Source: an uncultured cyanobacterium
GTDB lineage: Bacteria > Cyanobacteriota > Cyanobacteriia > Cyanobacteriales > Nostocaceae
Direction: 5' to 3'
DNA: 64,000 nucleotides
Assembly: GCA_963706595.1 (NCBI GenBank)
Contig: OY970166.1
Coordinates: 3,296,001 to 3,360,000 of the forward strand
This document shows positions 9,811 through 19,467 of this stretch, piece by piece. A program made the translations under genes and the position numbers. Numbering within the stretch: position 1 is the first letter of the stretch; every line of letters starts with the position of its first letter. The notes below the pieces were generated by a model, which ran no database searches, was not told where the DNA came from, and saw nothing but the letters and a program-made list of their open reading frames with translations.

Positions 9811-10593
9811 CTATGCTGGTTTTACCAAATTAGCTGATGCTTGAATATTTGTATTTTCTTGCAGATTGGCGACAATTTCGACAGTGGCTATTTGTTGCTG
9901 TAGCCAATTGGTAAAAAAGTCTCCCATAATTTGAAACCGCAAGTTGTCATCTAATTCTGGTTTAATTATTTCCTCAACTGCAATGATATGCGCTCCTTTG
10001 GGTGTAATGATTGGTTTAAGAATTTGTGGGGGATTAGCAGCAAAAACTGCGGCGGCGATCTCGGCTCGAAAATCAATCCGGCGGCGGATTCCCTGATAGC
10101 CACCAGAACGACGGGTTTCGGGATTTTGAATGTATTGACGAGCAATTTCTTGGAAGCTGATTTCGCCTTCTTGGAGGGCATAAAATAGTTCTAAGGCTAA
10201 ATCTTCATCATCTAAAATCACTTCATAAGTGACTGCGCCAAAATATTTTGCTTGATGAGCATAAAAGAATGGTTCGATTTGCTCTGCAAATAAATGATTG
10301 GCTAATTTGGAGGATGTGAGGTTGATTTTAGCTATTTCTTCTAAGTCATCCAGAGAAAGATGATGTTTTTCTAACCAAGACCAAGTATCTTCAGCTTTGA
10401 GTAATTGGTTAGCTAAACGAAGATTATCTGCTGCTGTTTGTAGTTCTTCTGTGCTGATTTCAATTCCTGCTTTATCGGCTGCTTCTGCAATGATTTTTTG
10501 AGTGGCGATCGCTTCTAATATGACTGGAATTTGACAAGCCATTTTTATATAGTAAATAATGTCTTCGGTTGAAACTTTTAAAATGTTTGACAT
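9811..10593 (-). CDS. Parvulin/PpiC-type peptidyl-prolyl isomerase associated with type I secretion
   Basis: SFQEIARQY..SGGYQG..PIITPKGAHII rotamase pattern; downstream of HlyD. Confidence 0.8.
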   Translation of the reverse strand: MSNILKVSTEDIIYYIKMACQIPVILEAIATQKIIAEAADKAGIEISTEELQTAADNLRLANQLLKAEDTWSWLEKHHLSLDDLEEIAKINLTSSKLANHLFAEQIEPFFYAHQAKYFGAVTYEVILDDEDLALELFYALQEGEISFQEIARQYIQNPETRRSGGYQGIRRRIDFRAEIAAAVFAANPPQILKPIITPKGAHIIAVEEIIKPELDDNLRFQIMGDFFTNWLQQQIATVEIVANLQENTNIQASANLVKPA

Positions 10594-10934
10594 AGCTAAA
10601 GTTCTCCAATTATTAACTAATTAGAATTGTTTTTTGACTGTTGAAAAGCCAGTATCTTATTCATCATTTTTGCTTGATATATTGTTTATTGTCTCTATCT
10701 AATGATAGTTTTAATGTTTTGATTAATTATCGTCAGGAATGGCATTATATTTGATTACAAATTAAATCAACCAATGAGCAATATCCCCCTAGTTGATAAA
10801 GGTTGAACACCTCAATAATAGGGGTAATTATTAACAATGAATATTTAGCATCTAGCCCTGACAAAGATGTTGGGTTTCCTTGCGTCAACCCAACCTACGT
10901 TGCCTTATTTTAGCTGTGTCACTGGACTAAAAGG

Positions 10935-12482
10935 CTAAAGTTCTAGACCGCCTTGTTGCAATTTCTTAAAGGGATCTAAGATAAAGTCAATGACTCGGCG
11001 CTGACGAATAACTACCTCTGCGGTGGCTGTCTGACCGGGGGTTAAATTAACGCGTTGGTTAGCAGCTTGTACATAAGGTTGATCTAGGGTGATATCTAAA
11101 TCATAAGTGTCTATACTGCCTTGGTTGCTAGACTGAGTTCTAGAATTAGGTGAAATCCAACTCACACGCCCTTCCATCACGCCATAATCTTGATAGGGAT
11201 AGGCATCAAATTTGATTTTAACTGGCATTCCTTCCTCTAAGAAACCACTGTGTTGGCTGGGTATCTGGGCTTTGAGAATCAATTTACTATCTTGAGGCGC
11301 AATTTGGGCAATGATTTGTCCTGGTTCGACTACAGGCCCTGGTTTGCGGATGGGCATCTCAAAAATTATGCCATCAATAGGCGATCGCACTACGCGCTGT
11401 TTCATCTGAATCTGCAAGGACGAAATCTGACTCTTGGTTTGAGCCATTTCTGAGTCCAGTGTACTAATTTGCGTTTCCATGTCTTTGAGTTGTTCCTGGC
11501 TTCTCAGCACTGCTAATTTACCAGCTTGAACAACGCTTTGATAGCTACTTTGCTGTTCTTGTAAACGTAGTTTTGCTTGCTCAATATCCGCGACAACTTG
11601 ACTCATAGTCGCCTGATAGCGGCTCATTTCTTCTTTTAAACGTAGTTGCGCTTGAGTGACATCAGATTGTGCTTGTAAATGCAAGCGTTGGCTGTCCTCT
11701 GCTGTTTTTTCTAATTCCACAAGTTGGATTTGCGGAATTGCACCCTGTTCGTACAATTCGCGAAAGCGTGCAACTTCGGCGACATCTCTGTTAAAACGAC
11801 TATTAACTAACTTCTCAGTAGTCTCGGTAGAATTAATATTCTGCCGAGCTTGTTCAACTAAAGCCTGTCTTTCTAACCTTTGTAAATTAGACGCACTTTG
11901 TCTCGCATCCAGGGTTTGCTGCGCCTGATTAACTTGAGACATTTTTTCTAATTCTTGGGCTTGATTTTGTTGTTCTTGGATATTGATCGCCAGCATCAAT
12001 TGGTTTTTCAGCAGCTTAAGTTGCGCTTGGCGATCGCTTAATCCTTGTAGTTGTGTTTGTCTCTGTTGCAATTCTTTTTCCAGGACATCAGAATCCAACT
12101 CCAGCAGCACCTGTCCAGCTTTAACTATTGCACCTTCTTGGACATTGACAGTTTTCACAGTCCCAGGAACTGGAATACCTAATTGATGCGTTGCTCCTTT
12201 GGGTTCTAAACGCCCTCTAGCGCTGCCGGTTTCATCAATTTTGGTGAGCATCGACCAAGGTAAAATGATCGAGGTAAATCCTACCAAAAAGTACAGCATA
12301 GAACGTGTCCAAAGTCTTGGTAAAGCATCTAGCAGTTCTTCTGTACCATAAAACCAATCATTGGTTTGGTTTTCTACCTGTGTCTGATTATCAACAACAG
12401 CACTAGAGTTTTCAACCTGGTGATTTTGGTCTTGCTGTGGTGCAGCAAGTACGGATGATAAATGTTGAGATGGGTTTGGCAT
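10935..12482 (-). CDS. HlyD-family secretion adaptor
   Basis: N-terminal TM, long coiled coil, RSPIDG, KFDAYPYQDYG and LTPGQTATAEV motifs. Confidence 0.92.
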   Translation of the reverse strand: MPNPSQHLSSVLAAPQQDQNHQVENSSAVVDNQTQVENQTNDWFYGTEELLDALPRLWTRSMLYFLVGFTSIILPWSMLTKIDETGSARGRLEPKGATHQLGIPVPGTVKTVNVQEGAIVKAGQVLLELDSDVLEKELQQRQTQLQGLSDRQAQLKLLKNQLMLAINIQEQQNQAQELEKMSQVNQAQQTLDARQSASNLQRLERQALVEQARQNINSTETTEKLVNSRFNRDVAEVARFRELYEQGAIPQIQLVELEKTAEDSQRLHLQAQSDVTQAQLRLKEEMSRYQATMSQVVADIEQAKLRLQEQQSSYQSVVQAGKLAVLRSQEQLKDMETQISTLDSEMAQTKSQISSLQIQMKQRVVRSPIDGIIFEMPIRKPGPVVEPGQIIAQIAPQDSKLILKAQIPSQHSGFLEEGMPVKIKFDAYPYQDYGVMEGRVSWISPNSRTQSSNQGSIDTYDLDITLDQPYVQAANQRVNLTPGQTATAEVVIRQRRVIDFILDPFKKLQQGGLEL

Positions 12483-12517
12483 AAGTAATTCAACAGTTTA
12501 TTTTCCAGGACTTGGGA

Positions 12518-12730
12518 TGTAATTCGTAATTCGTAATTCGTAATTCGTAATTCGTAATTAAAAGTCTATGTTTTGAATTTTGAATTTTGAATTTTGAATT
12601 TTGAATTGATTCATCCCTTGTCCTTTGTTCAATTGAAAATTTCCCAGGTTTTCGACGAAGAGGTAGGGGGAAATCACCCCTTTCTTCTAAGTGGAGCATA
12701 GGGGATTGGGGATTGGGGATTGGGGATTGA
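12518..12730. repeat. STRR-type heptamer tandem repeats (AATTCGT, TTTTGAA, GGGGATT)
   Basis: Visible tandem 7-mers between the ABC transporter and HlyD genes. Confidence 0.85.
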
Positions 12731-12777
12731 GATGGAGAATTTTCTTCCCCCCTGCACCCTGCACCCCTGCCTCTTCT

Positions 12778-15700
12778 TCAGGCTGTTTGTGCTGTTTGAG
12801 CTAGTTGTTGCTGGTTGAGATAGAAGTAATGACCTTTTTTGGCTATTAATTCATCGTGAGTCCCGCTTTCGACGAGTAAGCCTCGATCTAAAACTAGAAT
12901 CAGGTCAGCATTGCGGACTGTGGACAGGCGATGGGCGATAATTAGGCTGGTGCGCCCTTGAAGGATGGTTTTCAGGTTATTTTGGATAATGCGCTCAGAT
13001 TCCGAATCCAGGTGGCTGGTGGCTTCGTCTAAGAGCAATAAGCGGGGATTTCCGAGTAACGCACGGGCGATCGCAATTCTTTGGCGTTGTCCACCAGATA
13101 ACATCCCCCCACCTTCACCAATTTGGGTCTCGTAGCCGGTCGGCATAAGTTTGATAAATTCATCGGCTCCTGCTAATCTTGCCGCTTCAATAATTTCCTC
13201 TAAAGTGGCTTCTGGGTGAGCAATATTGATATTTTCGCGGATAGTACCGCCAAACAAGAAGGTATCTTGATCGACAACTCCAATTTGAGAACGCAGCGAT
13301 CGCAAAGAAATACTAGTCACATCTTGGGCATCAATTAATACTTTGCCATCTGTCGGCAGATATAGTCCCAAGATCATCTTGGCGAGGGTTGTTTTTCCTG
13401 AACCACTACGCCCAACTACCGCTACAGTCTGCTCTGGGAGGATTTCAAAGCTGAGATTTTCTAGGACATTAATATCACTTTCTGGGTGATAGCGAAAAGT
13501 CACATTTTCAAACTTAATGTGTCCTTCTAATCTTGGTAAAAACTGCCGGGGGTGATGATGTAAATCTTCTTCTGGTTCTGCTTCCAGAACATCATTAATT
13601 CTTTCACTGGAAATAACTACTTCCTGGAATTGATTCCACAAAACCACTAACCTTTGAAAGGGGCGAATAACGTTGCCCAATAACATATTGAAAGCAACTA
13701 ACTGCCCAATTGTCAGTTGATTTTGAATGACTAACCATGCCCCGAACCATAGCAAACCTGTAGTTACTAACGTTTCAATGCCGGAGCTAAAAAGCTGCAT
13801 TTTGTTACTAATAATCTGCCCGGCAAAGGTCTTTTTAATCACATTATTTAATAGCTCTTCCCAATGCCAGCGCACTGTTTGTTCAATGGCCATTGAACGA
13901 ATTGAGCTAATACCTGTGAGTGATTGAATCAGATAACTATTTTCGTTGGCTGTGGCATTAAAAGCCTCACGATTAATGCGCCGAAAGAAAGGTGTCGCCA
14001 CCAGTGCCAGAATAAAGAATGGTGGGATGATGGTTAAACTTAGTAAAGCCATTGGGGCGCTATACCAAAACATTAATCCCACGTAAATAAACACTGTCAG
14101 CAAATCCAAAGTGATGGATAAAGCTTCTCCGGTGAGGAAGCGCTGAATTTTATAGTTTTCTTGGACGCGGGAAATAATATCACCAACGTAGCGGGATTCA
14201 AAAAAGGCTAAAGGTAGGCGGAAAGTGTGTTTAATAAACCCTACCAATAAGGCTACACTGATGCGGTTGGCTGTGTGATCTAGCAGATATTGGCGCAATC
14301 CATTAATGATCACACTGAATAAGCCAAAAATCAGTAACCCGAAACCCACAGCGTTTAATGTCAGGGTGCTACGTTGCACCAAAACTCGGTCTAATAGCAA
14401 CTGAGTTAATAGGGGCGTAACTAACCCAAATATCTGAATGAACACCGAAGCCATGAAGACTTCTAACAGGACTTTGGAATGAGGTTTGACTAATTCAAAC
14501 AACTGCCAAAATTGTGTACTGTTTTCTTCAGTTTCTTTAAGTTGGGCTGTGGGTTGTAATAACAACGCGTAACCAGTCCAACCAGCTTTAAATTCCTCAT
14601 GGGTGAGGGTGCGTTGACCGAAGGCGGGATCTCCCACAATCACCTGTTTTTTGCTGACTTCATAGACAACAACGTAGTGTCTGCCTTCCCAGTGCGCGAT
14701 CGCAGGTAAGGTTTGTTGTGCTAATTTATCTAAGCTGGCTTTCACCGGACGGGTAGTAAAACCGATACTTTCCGCCGCAGTTGTTAAACCCCGCAATGAT
14801 GCACCGGTGCGATTAATATTGGCTAAATCTCGCAGTCGGTTGACGCTCAAGCGCTTACCCCAATAGCGGCTAATCATCACCAAGCAAGCGGCTCCACAGT
14901 CAGCAGCGCTTTGTTGTTCATAGAACGGATACCTCTTGGTTAACCGTCCCCACCAATGTCCAGCTTTGACTGTAGGGCTAGGAAAATAGGCTTGTTTTCG
15001 CTTCTTTTTCGGTTCTGGGTCTGGTGGTGGTAACTGTCTAATCAGACTGGGGGTAATTGCTGGTGTAGGAGTGTCTTCTGTAACTTCCTGGGGATTTTGC
15101 GATAACTCGGCTAATTGCGGCCAGTATTCTAATACCAGTGGCCAATGGGCATTTTTCAGGCTATAAACCTTTGTAAGTTGAGTCGCGCGCCAATTTTCCT
15201 GCTGGGGATATACGTAGATGTTTCCCGGTGTTAATCTGCGTCCATCTGTGTGCTGTAGTTCTCCCTGATGCAATAACCACAGTTTGGTATCTTGGAATAA
15301 AGTCACTGGGAGTGAGTCGCCTTCGACGGTGTGGCGCTCAAATAAAGTCAAGGCTTTGAGTATTTCTTCTACAGACCCATTATGTGGCACTAGGGACGTT
15401 TGACAACATAGTAACAGTAAATCCCACAATTCGGCACGTTGTTTGAGGCGATCGCGAATACTCGGATGTTTGCGAATTACCTCTTGTAAAGATGCTTGCG
15501 GAAAATAAGCCAGCTTTAACTTCACAGAAGCTCTCGCCACATAAGGGCTAAATTCTTCTTCTGTAAATAAAGTCAGTTCGCCAAATGATGCTCCTGTTGT
15601 CAGGGTGGTAATTAAGTTATTCGAGCCATCTAAAAGCCTGACTTTACCCCCCAGGACGAGATAGATCCCATTCGGTGCGTTTGCTGCTTGCCAAAATTGC

Positions 15701-15828
15701 TTGGCTACAGGTGGTTCGACAATTTCTACCCCAATCAAACATCTTTCAATTTCTTGCTCTGATAACGGCTCACCCAGGCTGTGGATAAGTTGTTGCGCTA
15801 AGTATTCCGGGGAAAATGCTGATGCCAT
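12778..15828 (-). CDS. Peptidase-containing ABC transporter (cNMP-like + C39 + TM + ATPase)
   Basis: QQSAADCGAACL (catalytic Cys), HWEGRHYVVV, GRSGSGKT, LSGGQRQR, LLLDEATS. Confidence 0.93.
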   Translation of the reverse strand: MASAFSPEYLAQQLIHSLGEPLSEQEIERCLIGVEIVEPPVAKQFWQAANAPNGIYLVLGGKVRLLDGSNNLITTLTTGASFGELTLFTEEEFSPYVARASVKLKLAYFPQASLQEVIRKHPSIRDRLKQRAELWDLLLLCCQTSLVPHNGSVEEILKALTLFERHTVEGDSLPVTLFQDTKLWLLHQGELQHTDGRRLTPGNIYVYPQQENWRATQLTKVYSLKNAHWPLVLEYWPQLAELSQNPQEVTEDTPTPAITPSLIRQLPPPDPEPKKKRKQAYFPSPTVKAGHWWGRLTKRYPFYEQQSAADCGAACLVMISRYWGKRLSVNRLRDLANINRTGASLRGLTTAAESIGFTTRPVKASLDKLAQQTLPAIAHWEGRHYVVVYEVSKKQVIVGDPAFGQRTLTHEEFKAGWTGYALLLQPTAQLKETEENSTQFWQLFELVKPHSKVLLEVFMASVFIQIFGLVTPLLTQLLLDRVLVQRSTLTLNAVGFGLLIFGLFSVIINGLRQYLLDHTANRISVALLVGFIKHTFRLPLAFFESRYVGDIISRVQENYKIQRFLTGEALSITLDLLTVFIYVGLMFWYSAPMALLSLTIIPPFFILALVATPFFRRINREAFNATANENSYLIQSLTGISSIRSMAIEQTVRWHWEELLNNVIKKTFAGQIISNKMQLFSSGIETLVTTGLLWFGAWLVIQNQLTIGQLVAFNMLLGNVIRPFQRLVVLWNQFQEVVISSERINDVLEAEPEEDLHHHPRQFLPRLEGHIKFENVTFRYHPESDINVLENLSFEILPEQTVAVVGRSGSGKTTLAKMILGLYLPTDGKVLIDAQDVTSISLRSLRSQIGVVDQDTFLFGGTIRENINIAHPEATLEEIIEAARLAGADEFIKLMPTGYETQIGEGGGMLSGGQRQRIAIARALLGNPRLLLLDEATSHLDSESERIIQNNLKTILQGRTSLIIAHRLSTVRNADLILVLDRGLLVESGTHDELIAKKGHYFYLNQQQLAQTAQTA

Positions 15829-15849
15829 TTTTTGACCTCCAAGACAGAA

Positions 15850-16482
15850 TTATTTATTGGTCTGAATCAGATTTAATGACCAATTAAAATTAGGTTCGGA
15901 GTGAGATTGCAAATCGCCAATTCTAATTCCAGCATCCATTCGGCTTCGCTCATGACAAGCCTTGGTTTGGTCAGTTTCTGGTGGCTGGGAACTTTTCCGT
16001 TTAGTGGATAGTCCCATTTGTTTAAGTAGGCGATTAATGTGGCGATCGCTAATTTGGATGTTAAATTCGTTAGCTAAATGTTTGCTTAACCATTGGGCTG
16101 TCCAATAAGTAAATGCATAACCATAATCACGAGGGCTATGGCTGACCAACTCTTTCAAACGATCCAGATATTGATCATTCACAATTTTCGGTCTCCCAAT
16201 AGGTCGCTCATTCCACTTGTGCGCTAAACCTGCTTCCGCTAAACCAATCCAGTAACGCGCCATTTCCTGAGAACAACCGATAGTTTCACAGATTTGACTT
16301 TGAGATTTACCCACATCGGCTAATAACATAATTTCAATGCGCCGCCGATATTCTGGCTGTAAATCAGTTTGTAAGCTTTTCAGCAATGCCTTCTTTTGAA
16401 AAGAGGTTAAAAACTTACCTTCTTGAAAATTTTGGATGTTGTAATTTTCCAAGTTTTCGCTTTGACTAAGAGAGTGTGACAT
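15850..16482 (-). CDS. Helix-turn-helix protein resembling the IS630 transposase DNA-binding region (no DDE domain)
   Basis: HTH, GRP linker, then SPRDYGY..WTAQWL..ISDRHINRLLKQMGLS winged-HTH pattern. Confidence 0.7.
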   Translation of the reverse strand: MSHSLSQSENLENYNIQNFQEGKFLTSFQKKALLKSLQTDLQPEYRRRIEIMLLADVGKSQSQICETIGCSQEMARYWIGLAEAGLAHKWNERPIGRPKIVNDQYLDRLKELVSHSPRDYGYAFTYWTAQWLSKHLANEFNIQISDRHINRLLKQMGLSTKRKSSQPPETDQTKACHERSRMDAGIRIGDLQSHSEPNFNWSLNLIQTNK

Positions 16483-17539
16483 ATTTATTACCAGTTGTCA
16501 TTTACTGAAAATGTGGGCAATTTTATCCGTTACAGCTATGCTCAAACCTCAATAAATCAGGTTTCACAACTGCAAGATTAATTAGCCTTTTCCAGCTAAT
16601 TAAGTATTTACGTGATGTGGGTATAATGCTTGGTAATTTCCCTCTAGTATCGTGACGAGATTGAGGGCATATACCCGTGTTATCTTGGCTTTTTATCCTC
16701 AATATTTCACCATGCTAATTGGTTGTGCATCGAATGAGAGGTGTCATCAAAAAGCTGCCGACACATCACGGAATTTTGCTATTTTTCCCAGTCAACACAT
16801 TCTTAGTTAAAAGCTGCGCTCTTGTGGTGTGAGCGATAGATTGCGTGGCGTAGCCATAGATATTCAGTAAGTAGTAGTAAGCAAACCTGACAAAATATGA
16901 AGCAAGCATAGCTGTTGTTTAATCTGATAAACAGCAATTTCTGGTAAGACACCTAAAACCAGTAAATTATTTACTGGCTAACCCCAATAACGTGACAAAC
17001 TTCCCTGAAAATCTGGTGTGTTTCGATTACCAAAAATGTGGTTGAAACTTGTTCCACGACAACATGGAACCTAGAGGCAGCTAAGGTCAGGTATGAATAC
17101 AAATCTACTTCCTAGACTAGCCTAATACTAGCTAATATCTCATCAGCAGATTTTAATAAATCTGGAATTATCTAGAAAACAAGTTAAACGAAAAAACGAC
17201 AGTTCTTTACTATGTTGTCTTAACCTACTGTTATCCTTTTAGAAATTTTCCTACATCTAGTCAAGGGTTTTGAGAAAAAAACCGAAATCTTTACTCAATA
17301 TTGATTATATCTTCATTTAAAATTAATAATTAATTTTGTCCAGACAAAATTAACATATTTATTCAGTTTAGCTTTGCGTAAAATTTTGGCATTAAACTTT
17401 ACTAATTCAAGCATGGTATGTATTCTAAAATTAGTAGATTACTCAAATCAATTTGAAGCTAAATAGTAATCCTAAATAATTAAAGATGTTTTTACATCTA
17501 TCTCCAGCCAGAAAAAAATATATTCATTAATATATAGGA

Positions 17540-17651
17540 CTACTAGCGTGGCAAGCTTAAAATAGTGCATTAGGTAAAAAGCAGAAAACATTGATTTATC
17601 CCAATTTTCTCAAAAATCTATTGCAATATTTTAGCCTTGCCATGCCAGTAG
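17540..17651. mobile_element. MITE-like element
   Basis: Imperfect ~25-bp terminal inverted repeats CTACTAGCGTGGCAAGCTTAAAATA / TATTTTAGCCTTGCCATGCCAGTAG. Confidence 0.5.
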
Positions 17652-17907
17652 TATTAACGGTGCGTTGCGCTTCGCGACAACACACCCTACAAGAGAAAAT
17701 TACTTAACATAGTTGGAAACATTTGTGCCGACTTACTTATTGGGATGGGCAATTCCATAAAAATAACTCATAATTTTCAGGAAGATTACACTTTTCACGA
17801 TGTCTTTTAGTTAAAAAAGTGTCATTTTACTATTTCATTTCATAGTAGTTTTTGTCAAAGGGGATAAAATCACCCTTTAAAATCTTGGAGACAGATTTTA
17901 ACAGTTA

Positions 17908-19422
17908 GTGTTGCCAAAAAATACTCTGTTTGAGGAGAAAATATATATGCCCATTGACGATCTTAATCACAATTTATTTCCTCATAACGGGCTAGACTTC
18001 AACACTATCTCCTCAGTCGATACTTTTCAAACTCAGAATGACTATAGTTTTAGTGGTCGTAGTAGCTTTAATTCAGTCAGTGATATTACTGCAAATTCTG
18101 TCCAAACTGCTAACTATAATTTCTCTTCTGGCTATGGCTTAATTAACGCCGCCGCCGCAGTAGCTAGAGCGGCTAATCAGAACACTTTTGGTGATGTTCC
18201 TAGTCTTGGTGGTAATAATTGGGGAGCAGATTTAGTTAAAGCCCCAGCCGCTTGGGAGCAAGGATATACTGGCAGAGGGATTGTGATTGCGGTGTTAGAT
18301 ACTGGGGTTGACTACAACCACGCAGATTTGAAGGATAATATTTGGACTAATCCCGGAGAAATTCCTGGTAATGGCATAGATGACGATGGTAATGGCTATG
18401 TTGATGATGCCCAAGGCTGGAGTTTTGCTGACAATAGTAATAATGCCATAGACGTTAATGGTCACGGGACTCATGTAGCGGGAACCATTGCTGGGGGTAA
18501 TAATGGCTTTGGGGTGACGGGTATTGCCTATGATGCCAAGATTATGCCAGTTAAAGTGCTGAATGACGACGGAGCAGGTAGCACTAATTCTGTTGCTGAT
18601 GGTATTTACTATGCTGTGAATAATGGCGCTAATGTGATTAATCTCAGTTTGGGTGGTAATTTTCCTAACAGCACCCTGGAGGCTGCAATTGAGTACGCTA
18701 GTAGTAAAGGTGCTGTAGTGGTGATGGCAGCAGGTAATAATGGCTACCCATTTACTAATTATCCGGCTCGCTATGCCAACAACTGGGGGTTAGCTGTGGG
18801 GGCAGTTGATAGTAATAATCAGATGGCTAATTTCTCTAACCAAGCAGGGTTGAGTGCTTTCCCCTATGTGACTGCGCCAGGAGTCGGTATTTATTCTACG
18901 GTTCCTGATAATCAGTATGCTACATATAGCGGTACATCTATGGCTACTCCCCATGTTGCTGGTGTGGTGGCTTTGATGCTCAGTGCTAATCCTAGTTTGA
19001 CTGATGCTCAAATTCGGCAAATCATTCTGGAAACATCGGGAAATAGTACACCAGGGGCAAGTTCTAACTCGTTCAATATCCGCCCTGGCATTTCTGAGGC
19101 GATCGCACAGATGGTAGGAAATCGGACATCAGCGACTACCTTTAAGTTGGAATTACAAGTCACCATTTTAACCGATAGTAATACACCAGCTTCTAATTTG
19201 CCTCCGACGTTTTCGTTTGTCAGCAGAGGCTTATCCATGAATCTAGGAAATATGACTCGGTATTACAATAGTATTAGTAATGTTCTGGGCAGCATCGCTA
19301 ATAACATCTTCGATGGCGATAGTGCTGAAAAAAATAACGAAAATCCTACAGATATCGCCAAAATCCTGAATCAGTTGCAGCAGCAGATAGAAGAATTTAG
19401 AAAATTTTTCCCTGGCTTCTGA
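17908..19422 (+). CDS. Subtilisin-family (S8) serine peptidase
   Basis: Triad motifs VLDTG, HGTHVAG and GTSMATPH; start may be ATG 17947. Confidence 0.92.
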   Translation: MLPKNTLFEEKIYMPIDDLNHNLFPHNGLDFNTISSVDTFQTQNDYSFSGRSSFNSVSDITANSVQTANYNFSSGYGLINAAAAVARAANQNTFGDVPSLGGNNWGADLVKAPAAWEQGYTGRGIVIAVLDTGVDYNHADLKDNIWTNPGEIPGNGIDDDGNGYVDDAQGWSFADNSNNAIDVNGHGTHVAGTIAGGNNGFGVTGIAYDAKIMPVKVLNDDGAGSTNSVADGIYYAVNNGANVINLSLGGNFPNSTLEAAIEYASSKGAVVVMAAGNNGYPFTNYPARYANNWGLAVGAVDSNNQMANFSNQAGLSAFPYVTAPGVGIYSTVPDNQYATYSGTSMATPHVAGVVALMLSANPSLTDAQIRQIILETSGNSTPGASSNSFNIRPGISEAIAQMVGNRTSATTFKLELQVTILTDSNTPASNLPPTFSFVSRGLSMNLGNMTRYYNSISNVLGSIANNIFDGDSAEKNNENPTDIAKILNQLQQQIEEFRKFFPGF

Positions 19423-19467
19423 TTTGACAGGGGAGTTCCAAATCCCCCTGCTCCCCTGCTTCTTCAA

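Noticed and set aside
12490..12699. 69-aa ORF with IQNSK/ITNYELR repeats (likewise 20879-21103)
   Set aside because: Translation of STRR heptamer repeats
15850..16482. Active IS630 element
   Set aside because: No catalytic DDE ORF or terminal inverted repeats seen
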